Shown one piece after another: positions 11,547 to 21,508 of a stretch of DNA of 64,000 bases (positions are counted from its first letter, which is position 1; each line of letters opens with the position of its first letter). The notes beneath the pieces are model-generated. The model was not told the origin of the DNA, ran no database searches, and worked only from the letters and a program-made list of their open reading frames with translations. This stretch comes from Gemmatimonadales bacterium. Its GTDB lineage: Bacteria; Gemmatimonadota; Gemmatimonadetes; Gemmatimonadales; GWC2-71-9. A program made the translations under genes and the position numbers. The stretch covers positions 3,200,001 to 3,264,000 of the forward strand of contig OZ252244.1 in NCBI GenBank assembly GCA_965249575.1, written 5' to 3'.

Positions 11547-12271
11547 CGCTCTTGCTCGCCATCGATACGGCGACGGCGTTCGGGAGCGTGGCGCTGGGCC
11601 GGCCTGGGGAGCCGCTAACCGGGTGCTTTCTCGGCGGGCGACGCCACGCGGCCGCCGTCACCGCCGCGGTCGACCATGCGCTCCGGATGGGTGACGCCGA
11701 GCACGCCAGCCTCTCGGGCGTCGTTGTGGCGGATGGCCCTGGGAGCTTTACTGGACTCCGCGTCGGATGGGCCACCGCCCAAGGCTTGTGTCGCGCGACT
11801 GCTGGGCTTGAGGTGTGGCGCGCGCCGTCGCTCATGGCCACCGCGTGGACCGCGAGCCGATTCCATGACGGGCTCATCGCCGCGATGTATGACGCCTACC
11901 GCGGGGAGGTGTTTGCGGCCGTGTATCGGTTCGAAGGCCGCCGGGTAACCACGGTGTTCCCGCCGAGTCTCTGCGCACCGGATGAGTTGTGCCGCCAGCC
12001 AGGTCTGGAGCCCGTGGTGGCGGTCGGTGACGGCGCGGTGTTGCATGCGCCCCAGGTCACCGCTTGGACCGGGCGGCCGCCGATAACGCCTCCCGCGGGC
12101 GCCCTTCAGGCGCTCGCGCTCATCGAGCTCGTCGCGTTCGAGGGAGCGGTTTCCGCGGTCCAGGATATAGCGGCTTACGCCCCGGATTACGGCCGCCCCG
12201 CGGAGGCTCAGGTTCGATGGGAGCAGGCTCATGGAAGAGCACTACCGCATTCGCCCGGCGACGCCGGGTGA
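11543..12271 (+). CDS. tsaB: tRNA t6A biosynthesis protein TsaB
   Basis: LLAIDTAT, GPGSFTGLRVG, DAYRGEVF. Confidence 0.92.
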   Translation: MTLLLAIDTATAFGSVALGRPGEPLTGCFLGGRRHAAAVTAAVDHALRMGDAEHASLSGVVVADGPGSFTGLRVGWATAQGLCRATAGLEVWRAPSLMATAWTASRFHDGLIAAMYDAYRGEVFAAVYRFEGRRVTTVFPPSLCAPDELCRQPGLEPVVAVGDGAVLHAPQVTAWTGRPPITPPAGALQALALIELVAFEGAVSAVQDIAAYAPDYGRPAEAQVRWEQAHGRALPHSPGDAG

Positions 12272-12689
12272 CGCATCTGCGATCGCGGCCCTCGAACGGC
12301 AGATCTTCACCGACCCTTGGCCGGAATCGGCGCTTGTCACTCCGGCCGGCGACCTGTCGCTCGTAGCGTGTGTCGGGGGTAGTGTCGTTGCGTACGTGTT
12401 CGTTCGAGCAGCGGAGGACGAGGCCGAGGTGCTCAATGTGGCGGTGCATCCGGCTCGAAGGCGTCGTGGGATCGGCCGCGCGCTGCTGACCCGGGCGCTT
12501 GCTCGCTGTGCGGTTTCCGGGGTCCGCGCCGTCCACCTTGAGGTGCGGGCCTCAAACGACGTGGCGCAGGCGTTCTACCGCCAAATGGGGTTCCAACAAG
12601 CGGGTCGCCGGCCCCGATACTACACACAACCGGCCGAAGATGCGCTCGTATTGAGGCGGATCCTGGGCCCGCGCGAACACCCTGCGTAG
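12231..12689 (+). CDS. rimI: Ribosomal-protein alanine N-acetyltransferase
   Basis: GNAT NVAVHP..RRRGIG, LEVRASN, RPRYY..PAEDAL; tsaE-tsaB-rimI context. Confidence 0.88.
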   Translation: MEEHYRIRPATPGDASAIAALERQIFTDPWPESALVTPAGDLSLVACVGGSVVAYVFVRAAEDEAEVLNVAVHPARRRRGIGRALLTRALARCAVSGVRAVHLEVRASNDVAQAFYRQMGFQQAGRRPRYYTQPAEDALVLRRILGPREHPA

Positions 12690-12715
12690 AACGGGTCCGA
12701 ATGGCGTATCTTTGG

Positions 12716-12744
12716 TTGACAAAAGGACTTAAAGCACCTATAGT
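12716..12744 (+). promoter_or_regulatory. sigma70-type promoter of ssb
   Basis: TTGACA-N17-TATAGT; GGAGG SD at 12776-12780. Confidence 0.8.
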
Positions 12745-12785
12745 TTCACGCGTCCGAGTCATGCCCCCAAGCGTTGGAGGCTGAA

Positions 12786-13280
12786 GTGAGCCGTAGTTTG
12801 AACAAGGTGATGTTGATCGGAAACCTGGGGGCTGACCCTGAGGTTCGGAGCACATCGAACGGCTCTCGTGTCGCGACCTTATCCGTCGCCACCAGCCGGC
12901 AGTGGAACAACCAGGCCGGCGAGCGCCAGGAAAAAACGGAGTGGCATCGGGTTGTGCTGTGGAATGGAAAGGGTGCGCAGCTCGCTGATTTTGCCGAACG
13001 GTACGCCAAGAAGGGCGACCGCGTATATGTCGAAGGCCGGGTCGAATACCGGACTTGGGAGGATCGCGAAGGGAACACTCGGTACACCACGGAGGTCAAT
13101 GGCCGGGAGTTCATCCTGTTGACCTCTCGAGGTGGAAGCGATGGCGATGACGGGCCCGCCCGGCGCCCAGCTGCGCAGTCCGCCGTGGCCGAGTCGGCGG
13201 CTGGAAGCGCATCGAAGAAGGAAACCTACGACAAGTTCCCGGAGGCGCTCGATGAGGAGGACGATGATCTTCCGTTCTAG
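12786..13280 (+). CDS. ssb: Single-stranded DNA-binding protein
   Basis: LNKVMLIGNLGADPE, EKTEWHRVV, acidic tail DDDLPF. Confidence 0.97.
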   Translation: MSRSLNKVMLIGNLGADPEVRSTSNGSRVATLSVATSRQWNNQAGERQEKTEWHRVVLWNGKGAQLADFAERYAKKGDRVYVEGRVEYRTWEDREGNTRYTTEVNGREFILLTSRGGSDGDDGPARRPAAQSAVAESAAGSASKKETYDKFPEALDEEDDDLPF

Positions 13281-14454
13281 CTGCGCCTTGGCGGTCATGG
13301 CCCTTTCCCTGTTTGGGGTGAGGGCCGTTCATGCGCAGGACGATCCCGCACCCGCTCCCGCGCAGGGGCGCGTGCACATCGTGGAGTCCGGCGAGACCCT
13401 GTGGGACCTGGCGCAGCAGTATTTCGGCGATCCTTTTCTGTGGCCCTCGATCTATCGGCTGAACACCATCGTGGTCGAAGATCCACACTGGATCTTCCCT
13501 GGCGAGGAGCTGATGCTTGTCCCGCCGGAACCCACCGCTATGGTTGCCGCCGAGCCTGAAGCACCGGTCGAGATCCCAGCGGGCGAGCCTGTGGACCCGC
13601 AGCCTGAAGTCGCGTTGGTCACTCCCGAGGAGCCTCTCGAGCTGGGTCCCACCGGCGACCTGCCCCCGCCGCCCCCGCCGACGTCGGGGGTCTCGGGACC
13701 CACGGTTTTCATGGATCAGCGCAGCCAGGGTTCACGGGTGGGTCGCATGGGCGAAACCGGCTACCGTTCGGTTCTTCCAGGTCAGTTCTACGCCGCCGGC
13801 TTTCTCACGGAGCGCGATCGGTTGCCTTGGTCGAGCGTCGTCGGCGCGCTGGATCGCACAATGCTTGGGACGCTCAGCGCCGTTACTACGGCGCGAATCT
13901 TTGGTTCGGTCGAGCTCCGTGCGTCCGCATCGGCGGTCTACCACGTGGGCGATACCCTACTGACCGTGCGTCGTGGGCGAGAACTCGATGGCTGGGGCAG
14001 GGTGATCGTCCCGTCGGGACTCATCCGCGTTACCGACGTAGCGGGCCGCCGTGTGACTGGCGACGTCGTGGCGCAGTTCAACCGGGTGATCAGCGGCCAA
14101 TCCGCGTTGCCAGTCGAGCCCTTCAGCGATCCCGGCACGGTCGAGCCGGTCCCGATCGAGAACGGAATGACCGGCAGTGTGATCGCTGTCCGCGACCTCC
14201 ACCCGGTCCCAGGGAAGCTGAATGTCATCTTCATCGATCTGGGGCGAGAACAAGGGGTTGCGATCGGCGATGTCTTCGAAGTGCTGCAGCCGCCCGATGC
14301 TGGGGCGTCGACAGAGGCCCCGCCCCGAGCCATAGCGATCATACAGGTCGTGCATGTGCGCCAACGGTCCGCGTCGGGTCTGCTTCTCCAGATCTTCAAC
14401 CTGGGTGTTCGGCGCGGCGCGCCGGTACGGCTGAGTCGGAAGATGCCGTCCTGA
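13264..14454 (+). CDS. Exported LysM-domain protein, TsaP-like
   Basis: Signal peptide (VHA-QD), LysM HIVESGETLWDLA..GDPFLWPSIY..DPHWIFPG, Pro/Glu linker, C-terminal IFIDLGREQGV..GDVF. Confidence 0.75.
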   Translation: MIFRSSCALAVMALSLFGVRAVHAQDDPAPAPAQGRVHIVESGETLWDLAQQYFGDPFLWPSIYRLNTIVVEDPHWIFPGEELMLVPPEPTAMVAAEPEAPVEIPAGEPVDPQPEVALVTPEEPLELGPTGDLPPPPPPTSGVSGPTVFMDQRSQGSRVGRMGETGYRSVLPGQFYAAGFLTERDRLPWSSVVGALDRTMLGTLSAVTTARIFGSVELRASASAVYHVGDTLLTVRRGRELDGWGRVIVPSGLIRVTDVAGRRVTGDVVAQFNRVISGQSALPVEPFSDPGTVEPVPIENGMTGSVIAVRDLHPVPGKLNVIFIDLGREQGVAIGDVFEVLQPPDAGASTEAPPRAIAIIQVVHVRQRSASGLLLQIFNLGVRRGAPVRLSRKMPS

Positions 14455-14464
14455 TAGGGGGCGG

Positions 14465-15298
14465 TTGGGCGGCGTGTTTACCGAGCTTCATTTCGTCGCC
14501 CTGGCTGCCTACGGCGTCACAGCTAGTCTGGTCCTGGTGGCGCTTTTCAGGCTACCCGGCGGTCGAATGGTGGGGTCGCTACCGCTCGCCACGTCGGCTG
14601 GGGCTGTCGGCATTCACTTCTTCGCGTTGGTGGCGTACGCTGTAGGATCCGGAACCCTTCCGCTCGCTGGGCTGGCCCCCTCCCTGTCATCACTTGCGTT
14701 TCTCGTCGGTCTGATAGCCGTGGGCATTCAGTGGTTGACGCGCGAGGCTGGGATCACCGTCGTGGCGGGGCCGTTAGCTGTGATCCTTCTTGCGGGGGCA
14801 TTGATGGCCGGTTTCGGGCCAGTGCCCGCGGGAGCCTCGCCGCAGGGGGGATGGTTTGTTTTGCACACAGCGACGAGCTTTCTCGGGATCGCGCTGCTCA
14901 TGGTCGCCTTCGCGGCGGCCGCTCTGTACCTCCTGCAGCATCGAGAGTTGAAGGGAAGGCGTTTCGGAGCCACTTTTTGGTTTCTCCCGCCTCTGGAGCA
15001 GGTCGACCGACTGAACCATTTGGCTCTTCTCGGGGGACTGCCCGCACTCACCGTAGGTGTACTACTCGCGCTGGTGTTCGGCGGCTCCAATCAATCGGTC
15101 AGGGATGCGGTCGGTGCCCCACACTTGGTGTGGGGCACGCTTTCCTGGCTCGTTGTTGCGGCGGTAGCGGTGGCGCGCCTCAGCGGGTGGGTGCGGGGAC
15201 GTCGGGCGGCTTGGGCGTCTATTGCGGGATTTGCGACCGTGGCGCTGGCGTACATCATCTTGGTGGGGCTGCGCGCCGGCGGGACTCGATTTCTCTAG
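14465..15298 (+). CDS. CcsA/HemX-family membrane protein
   Basis: Multiple TM segments; WFVLH, LYLLQHRELK, LPPLEQVDRL, GWVRGRRAA; directly upstream of hemA. Confidence 0.8.
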   Translation: MGGVFTELHFVALAAYGVTASLVLVALFRLPGGRMVGSLPLATSAGAVGIHFFALVAYAVGSGTLPLAGLAPSLSSLAFLVGLIAVGIQWLTREAGITVVAGPLAVILLAGALMAGFGPVPAGASPQGGWFVLHTATSFLGIALLMVAFAAAALYLLQHRELKGRRFGATFWFLPPLEQVDRLNHLALLGGLPALTVGVLLALVFGGSNQSVRDAVGAPHLVWGTLSWLVVAAVAVARLSGWVRGRRAAWASIAGFATVALAYIILVGLRAGGTRFL

Positions 15299-15387
15299 AT
15301 CCCTGGCGCAGCTGTGCGTTGTCGTGTGGGCGCCGGCCCGCCGGATCGCCGGGGGGAATGTGACACGATGAGGGGTACCACCACGGG

Positions 15388-16665
15388 ATGAGTCTCGTTG
15401 TTATCGGCCTCAACCATCGGACGGCGCCGATCGAAGTCCGTGAGCGCTTGACGTGGCCGCGGGCCGAAGTGCCGGGCGTGCTCACCAGCATTCTCGATCG
15501 TGGAAGCTCGGGCGCCGTGCTGGTGTCGACGTGCAACCGTACGGAGTTCTACGCGGCCGATCCCGATCAGGCCGCGCTCACCGAAATCCGGCGGTGGGCG
15601 TCCCAGCGTCTGGGACATCCGATCGACGACTATGCGTACGTGCTGCACGAAGGCGAGGTCGTTCGCCATCTGTTCCGCGTGGCCGCTGGTCTCGATTCCA
15701 TGGTTCTCGGCGAGTCGCAAGTGCAGGGTCAGGTACGAGAGGCGTGGGAGGAAGCGCAAGCGTTTGCGGGGCCACTGCTGAACCGCCTGTTCCAGTCGGC
15801 CCTCCGCGCCGGCGGGCGCGTTCGCGCTGAGACCGGCCTGGGGAGTGGAACCGCGTCGGTGCCGTCAGCCTGCGTGGACCTCGCCAAGAAGATCTTCGCT
15901 GACCTGTCGGACCGCCGTGCGCTAGTCGTGGGTGCTGGGGACATGGCGGAACTCGCGGCGGGGTGCTTGGCGTCGGAGGGTGTTCGGTCGCTCTCCGTTG
16001 CGAATCGCGACGAGGAGCGCTCGAGCCGGATCGCCGAGCGCCTCGGGGGTCGCGCGGTCCCCTTCGGGGAACTCCATGAGGCCTTTCGGGAAGCTGACCT
16101 CGTCGTAAGCTCGACCGCCGCCTCGCAACCGATCGTGACGGCAGCACTCGTCGCGGCCGCGGTCGAGGGTCGGAACGGGCGCCCGCTCTGTATTCTCGAC
16201 ATCGCCGTGCCGCGAGATGTCGATCCGGAGGTGGCCAGCCTCGAGAACGTGTTCTTGTACGACATCGACGATCTACAGAGTGTGGTGGCGGCGGCGATCG
16301 GCGATCGGCGGCAGGAGATCCCCCGGGCGGAGCGTATTGTCTCACAGGAGTATGAGTTCTTCTGGCGGTGGTATGTGGGCCTGGAGGCGGTCGGATCGAT
16401 TCGCGCGCTTCGGGGGCGTATCGACGAGGTACGTCGCGCGGAAGTGGAACGGGCACTGAGACGGCTTGCTCACCTCGATGTGGGCGATCGAGAGCGCATC
16501 GAGCAGCTGACCCGCACCCTGATGAACAAGTTCCTGCACGAACCCACCGTGCGGCTGCGAGCGGCTGGTGGCACGCCCGAGGGTGGGCGGCTGGCCGAGG
16601 CCGTGCGACATCTCTTTGATCTAGAGGAGCTGAACGTGAACGACTCAGCATCGCGCGATTCATGA
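15388..16665 (+). CDS. hemA: Glutamyl-tRNA reductase
   Basis: GLNHRTAP, STCNRTE, GLDSMVLGESQV, GAGDMA, DIAVPRDV. Confidence 0.97.
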   Translation: MSLVVIGLNHRTAPIEVRERLTWPRAEVPGVLTSILDRGSSGAVLVSTCNRTEFYAADPDQAALTEIRRWASQRLGHPIDDYAYVLHEGEVVRHLFRVAAGLDSMVLGESQVQGQVREAWEEAQAFAGPLLNRLFQSALRAGGRVRAETGLGSGTASVPSACVDLAKKIFADLSDRRALVVGAGDMAELAAGCLASEGVRSLSVANRDEERSSRIAERLGGRAVPFGELHEAFREADLVVSSTAASQPIVTAALVAAAVEGRNGRPLCILDIAVPRDVDPEVASLENVFLYDIDDLQSVVAAAIGDRRQEIPRAERIVSQEYEFFWRWYVGLEAVGSIRALRGRIDEVRRAEVERALRRLAHLDVGDRERIEQLTRTLMNKFLHEPTVRLRAAGGTPEGGRLAEAVRHLFDLEELNVNDSASRDS

Positions 16666-17612
16666 GCCAACGTGTTGTAGTTTCTGGAGGCGCCGGATTC
16701 ATCGGATCCCATGTAGTCGATGGCTATATAGCCGCTGGGTATGAGGTAACCGTTGTGGACAACCTCTCCAGTGGCCGGCGCGAGAACGTACCTAAGGGCG
16801 CCGCGCTCGTCGTGTGTGACATCGGCTCCGAAGAGGCTCGTGATTTGGTGGCGACGGGTGGGTTCACGATCTTGAACCACCACGCTGCTCAGTTGGACGT
16901 CCGCGTATCGGTAGACGATCCAGAGCTCGACGCCCGTGAAAACATCCTCGGACTCCTCAACCTGCTGCAGGGGGGCCGCGACGGCAGTGTGGAGCGGGTC
17001 TTGTTCGCCTCCTCGGGAGGTGTGGTGTACGATGAACGGAGCCAATTGCCTCACGCCGAGACGGCGCCGAAACTCCCGGTCTCGCCGTACGGTGTGAGCA
17101 AGCTGGCGTCGGAATACTACTTGGCCGCTTATGGCCGGCTTTACGACCTAGAGGTGGTGTCGCTGCGATACGCCAACGTTTTTGGGCCTCGCCAGAGCCC
17201 GCATGGGGAGGCCGGGGTCGTCGCCATCTTCGGGAATCGAATCAAGCGGGGTCAGGAGTTGACGGTCTTCGGCGGTGGCGAGCAGACGCGAGACTATGTG
17301 TTCGTGGAGGATGTCGCGCGGGCGAACGTCTCGGCGAGCACTTGTGCCATCCCGCCAGTCTCCGACCTCGATGCGCGTGCTTTCAATGTCGGTACGGGGT
17401 CGGAAACGAGCGTCAACGGCCTCGTGGAGAGCATGCTGTCCGCGACCGGAAGCGACGTGGCGGTCCGGCACGCTCCGGCCCGCCCGGGCGAGCTGAGCCG
17501 CAGCGCCGTGAGCTTTGAAAAGGCGGAGCGCGCCTGGGGGTGGCGACCCGAAGTGTCGCTGATTCAGGGGCTCGGCGAAACCTATGCCTGGATTGAGGAA
17601 GCCTCGACATGA
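16662..17612 (+). CDS. NAD-dependent nucleotide-sugar epimerase (GalE-like)
   Basis: GGAGFIGSH, YGVSK, LRYANVFGPRQ, QTRDYVFVED. Confidence 0.9.
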   Translation: MSQRVVVSGGAGFIGSHVVDGYIAAGYEVTVVDNLSSGRRENVPKGAALVVCDIGSEEARDLVATGGFTILNHHAAQLDVRVSVDDPELDARENILGLLNLLQGGRDGSVERVLFASSGGVVYDERSQLPHAETAPKLPVSPYGVSKLASEYYLAAYGRLYDLEVVSLRYANVFGPRQSPHGEAGVVAIFGNRIKRGQELTVFGGGEQTRDYVFVEDVARANVSASTCAIPPVSDLDARAFNVGTGSETSVNGLVESMLSATGSDVAVRHAPARPGELSRSAVSFEKAERAWGWRPEVSLIQGLGETYAWIEEAST

Positions 17613-18325
17613 TGCTGCAAGTTGGCCGGGCGGTGCCGACCACGGCCTGGGAGCTGGTGACCGTCTCGAGCACGGAGACCAAGGCCGTCCTGATCGTTCT
17701 GATGGTGTTCTCGCTCGTCAGTTGGTTCCTGATCGTTCTCAAGTGGTGGCAGCTGCGACGGGTCAGGCGGCAGGCCGATCGGTTCTTTGCAGCGCTGGAG
17801 CGTACGTCGAGCCTCCAAGATGCCTACCACGCAGTGATGAAGCTTCCGGGCTCTCCCTATGGACGGTTGCTGCGCGAGGGAATCAACTTCTTTAGTGAGC
17901 TCCGGCCCGGTGCCCTCCATGACCGTGCCGCTGCGGAAGGAAACTCGGTGCTGAGCGTGACTCAGCTGGAGGCGCTTCGACTGGTGCTTGCGAAAGAAGT
18001 CGCCGCCGAGCGTGATGTCATGGCGCGGTTCATTCCATGGCTCGCGACGATCGGTTCGGTCAGCCCTCTACTCGGCCTGCTGGGCACGGTGCTCGGCGTC
18101 ATGGATGCGTTCATCGGCATAGCCACGGGAGGGTCGGGCAATATCGCCGCGGTGGCCCCGGGGGTGGCTGAGGCGTTGGTCACCACCGTGGTCGGCTTGG
18201 CGGTGGCGATTCCGGCGGTCATCGCATACAACCTGCTCGCCAATCGCCTCGGTGTGTACGCCGGGGAGCTCGAGGGGTTTGCCCACGAGATCATTGGCAC
18301 GATGGCGAGGGAGGGAAGGATCTAG
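17609..18325 (+). CDS. tolQ: TolQ (MotA/TolQ/ExbB family)
   Basis: SPLLGLLGTVLG, PGVAEALVTT..GLAVAIPA; first gene of tol-pal cluster. Confidence 0.88.
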   Translation: MMLQVGRAVPTTAWELVTVSSTETKAVLIVLMVFSLVSWFLIVLKWWQLRRVRRQADRFFAALERTSSLQDAYHAVMKLPGSPYGRLLREGINFFSELRPGALHDRAAAEGNSVLSVTQLEALRLVLAKEVAAERDVMARFIPWLATIGSVSPLLGLLGTVLGVMDAFIGIATGGSGNIAAVAPGVAEALVTTVVGLAVAIPAVIAYNLLANRLGVYAGELEGFAHEIIGTMAREGRI

Positions 18326-18327
18326 CG

Positions 18328-18750
18328 ATGGCGGAAGGGGGCCTGCGAGGACACGGGGAGCTTCCGCTCACCGCGGATATCAACGTGACGTCACTGGTCG
18401 ATGTCGCCTTCGTCCTGTTGATCATCTTCATGATCACTGCGCCGATCATGCAGGGCGGCGTCGATGTCCAGCTCCCGAGAGCGGAGGCGCGTCCCATTCA
18501 GCCCAAAGAGGGACTCGTCGTGTCCATCGACCGACAGGGGCGGATATTCATGGACGAGACGGCTCTCTCTTTTGACGATTTCCGTGCGGCGTTCGGCGCG
18601 ATCGTTTCCTCGCGCCGGCCCGAGGGCGTGTATTTGCGCGCCGACTCCCGCGTGGATTACGGGTTGGTCGTCCGTGTGCTCGCGCTCATGCGGGCCTCTG
18701 GTGTGAACGACGTGGGGCTCGTGGCTGAGTCTGAAGAGATCATCCGATGA
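18328..18750 (+). CDS. tolR: TolR (ExbD/TolR family)
   Basis: INVTSLVDVAFVLLIIFMITAP, YLRAD..VDYG. Confidence 0.88.
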   Translation: MAEGGLRGHGELPLTADINVTSLVDVAFVLLIIFMITAPIMQGGVDVQLPRAEARPIQPKEGLVVSIDRQGRIFMDETALSFDDFRAAFGAIVSSRRPEGVYLRADSRVDYGLVVRVLALMRASGVNDVGLVAESEEIIR

Positions 18751-19451
18751 GGAGAGCCCGGCGCCACCGGTCATCCCGATCACTCGGAGAAACGAGGCTA
18801 GCATTGGCGAGTACGCTCGCTGTGCACGTGCTGGCCGTGGCCGTCATGGGTGGGAGCGCCGGGTCACGGCGGGCCGCACCCCCCGTGTACAGTGTGCAGC
18901 TCGTCGCGGCGCCCCGCCCCGAGCCGTCTGCCCGACGGGCACCAGAAGCGCTCCAGAGGCCCGCGGACCGAGCCGTGCCAGTGTCGCAGCCCCCGCCTCG
19001 GCGGCGTACCTCGGTTGCGGAGACGCCGCCCCCTCCCGTCCGGACTCCGGATCTCTCACGCGAGCCTGCACCGCGCACGACGCCCGCGGAGGAGCCAGCT
19101 CCGAATGAGGAACCCTCGACAGGCACTGACGTGGCCACGGTCAAGACGACCGGGGTCGATTTCCCGTATCCGGAATACCTGAGAAACCTGGTCGCCCAAG
19201 TGTATCGGCGCTGGCACCGGCCCGAGAGTGGCGTTCCGCTGCGCGCGGAGGTTTTCTTTCTCGTACACCGAGATGGGTCGGTGTCGAGTCTGCAATTCCT
19301 CAAGCGGTCCGGCAACTTTTCGTTCGACCTCGAGGCGCAGGGAGCCCTGGAGGCCGCGGGAAACGGCGGCGCGTTTGGGGAACTCCCTGACGGCTATGAA
19401 TCCGATGTCCTCCCGGTGAACTTCTTCTTCAATCCTGGCCCTCCGAGGTGA
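18747..19451 (+). CDS. TolA/TonB-family energy transducer
   Basis: N-terminal TM with Ser/His, Pro-rich stalk, C-terminal SGNFSFD..A..A...FGELP; lies between tolR and tolB. Confidence 0.8.
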   Translation: MRRARRHRSSRSLGETRLALASTLAVHVLAVAVMGGSAGSRRAAPPVYSVQLVAAPRPEPSARRAPEALQRPADRAVPVSQPPPRRRTSVAETPPPPVRTPDLSREPAPRTTPAEEPAPNEEPSTGTDVATVKTTGVDFPYPEYLRNLVAQVYRRWHRPESGVPLRAEVFFLVHRDGSVSSLQFLKRSGNFSFDLEAQGALEAAGNGGAFGELPDGYESDVLPVNFFFNPGPPR

Positions 19452-20848
19452 GGTGGAAGGCAGCTTGGTTTAGACGTGTGACCCTGCCTCCGTTGCTCGG
19501 TCTGGCGATCGCCACCGCGCCGGGCTGGCTCATCGCGCAGGATAGCGTGCCGCCCCTCGATCAGGAGGGCGTGCGGGTCGGCATCACGTACACGCCGGGA
19601 CTGCGGCCTGGGATGCTGGTTCTTGGCGGCACGCGGGATCAGCGCCTCGATTCCGTGCGTGCGATCATCCAGCGGGACCTCGACTACAGCGATCGGTTCG
19701 AAATCATTCGCCTCCCGGGTGGCGACAGCCTCACCGTTGGCCTGGCGGCTCCGGGCCCGGACTCGGGGATAGGTGCGGCCGGGTCGGCCACCACGGAAGC
19801 AGAGGCGACCTTCGTAAACTACCCCCTCTTTGGGGCCCTGGGTGCCGATTACGCCGTGAACGTGAGCGAGTCCCTTGACTCCGCACTTGAAGTGACGGTC
19901 TACGACGTGCGGGGGGCCGGTATCCGTCGCGAGGTTCAGATTGGTCATATTCCCCCATCCGGTTCCGATTTCCGGATGCGGGTTCATCGAGCCAGTGACG
20001 AGGTCGTGCGAGCGGCAGCTGGCGCGGCCGGCATCGCCGCCACCCGCTTGCTCTTCATCCAGCGCGGTCGCGTGTACCGCATCGATTCGGACGGGGCTGA
20101 GCCGGCGGCATTGTCACCGGGCCGTGGCGGCGCGATGTCACCGACCTGGGCTCCCGACGGCCGGAAGGCCGTGTACATGGAGTTCTCGGAGGGCGCTGGC
20201 AGACTGTATGTCGTGGATGTGACGGCGGGAACGCGTCAGCTACTCGCGCCGACGGCGGACCAGCTCAACTTCAGTCCCGCCTTCGCCCCGGACGGGCAGA
20301 CGCTGGTCTTCGCCAGGGCCACGGGTGAGGGCACCGATCTGTATGCGTACAACCTCGCCCGGGACTGTTGCTTAGAGCGCTTGACGGTAGGCCGCTTTTC
20401 AGATAACCTAACCCCCACCCATAGTCCGGATGGACGCCGCATCGCGTTCGTATCGACCCGCGCGGGCGCGCCACAGGTTTATGTCATGGCCGCGGACGGG
20501 ACGGGGCAGGAGTTGTTTGCCCCGTTCGACTATGGTGTGACCGGAAGCTCGAACGCTCCGGAGTGGTCGCCGGACGGCCTGAACCTCGCGTTCCATCGGG
20601 AGGTGGCCGGTAGTCCGCAGGTGTTCGTAATGGACGTGGCCTCTCGGCGCGTCAAGCAGTTGACGAGTGCCGGGCGGAATGAAGACCCCACGTGGGCCCC
20701 GGACGGGCGCCACATCGCTTTCGTCTCTAGCCGGACGGGCTCGCGTCAGCTGTGGGTCATCGATCTCGATACGGGACGCGTACGGCAGCTCACGCGGCTT
20801 GGGCAGGCGCGGCTGCCCTCGTGGTCCCCCCGGATCTCGCAGCCCTAG
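19448..20848 (+). CDS. tolB: TolB beta-propeller protein
   Basis: DLDYSDRF in N-domain; multiple PD40 repeats (PTWAPDG, PAFAPDG, PEWSPDG). Confidence 0.92.
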   Translation: MRWKAAWFRRVTLPPLLGLAIATAPGWLIAQDSVPPLDQEGVRVGITYTPGLRPGMLVLGGTRDQRLDSVRAIIQRDLDYSDRFEIIRLPGGDSLTVGLAAPGPDSGIGAAGSATTEAEATFVNYPLFGALGADYAVNVSESLDSALEVTVYDVRGAGIRREVQIGHIPPSGSDFRMRVHRASDEVVRAAAGAAGIAATRLLFIQRGRVYRIDSDGAEPAALSPGRGGAMSPTWAPDGRKAVYMEFSEGAGRLYVVDVTAGTRQLLAPTADQLNFSPAFAPDGQTLVFARATGEGTDLYAYNLARDCCLERLTVGRFSDNLTPTHSPDGRRIAFVSTRAGAPQVYVMAADGTGQELFAPFDYGVTGSSNAPEWSPDGLNLAFHREVAGSPQVFVMDVASRRVKQLTSAGRNEDPTWAPDGRHIAFVSSRTGSRQLWVIDLDTGRVRQLTRLGQARLPSWSPRISQP

Positions 20849-20872
20849 AACCTAAGATTGGAGCGATCGACA

Positions 20873-21508
20873 ATGCGACTCAGCCTACCAATGACACTCG
20901 GTGTCGCCGTGATACTAGCGGCGGCGGCTTGCGGCGGCTCACCCCCTCCCGCACCACCACCGCAACCCAACGCTGACTCTATCGAGGCAGCGCGCCGAGC
21001 CCAGGCGAGGGCGGACTCGATTGCCCGGGAGCAGGCGCGCCGGGACAGCATTGCCCGCGCCGAGGCGGAGAGAGACCGCATCCGGCGGCAAGGAGAGGCC
21101 GATTCGCTCGCGGCCCTTCGCAGTGAGACCGAGGCGGTCAGAGAAATGCTGGCCAGGAGAGTGAATTTCGATTTCGACCGGTCGAACATCCGGCCTGGTG
21201 ACGCGCAGGTGCTCGACCAAAAGCTCGCGATCCTGCAGGCGAATCCGGCGCTAAACATCGAGATCGCCGGACACTGTGATGAGCGCGGGTCCGACGAATA
21301 CAACCTGGCTCTCGGTAACCGGCGGGCGCTGTCTGCCAAGCAGTACCTGACGAGCCGGGGAATCGCCGACAACCGGGTCAGCACGCGGTCATTCGGCGAA
21401 GAGCGACCGATGGATCAGGGGAGTAATGAGGCGGCGTGGGAGCAGAACCGCCGAGATGAGTTCACCATTGCCGCCGGCGGGAACGTCCTGAAGCGTCCTG
21501 GGATGTGA
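20873..21508 (+). CDS. pal: Peptidoglycan-associated lipoprotein
   Basis: Lipobox AAAC; OmpA domain FDFDRS, GHCDERGSDEYNLALGNRRA, SFGEERP, NRRDEF. Confidence 0.93.
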   Translation: MRLSLPMTLGVAVILAAAACGGSPPPAPPPQPNADSIEAARRAQARADSIAREQARRDSIARAEAERDRIRRQGEADSLAALRSETEAVREMLARRVNFDFDRSNIRPGDAQVLDQKLAILQANPALNIEIAGHCDERGSDEYNLALGNRRALSAKQYLTSRGIADNRVSTRSFGEERPMDQGSNEAAWEQNRRDEFTIAAGGNVLKRPGM

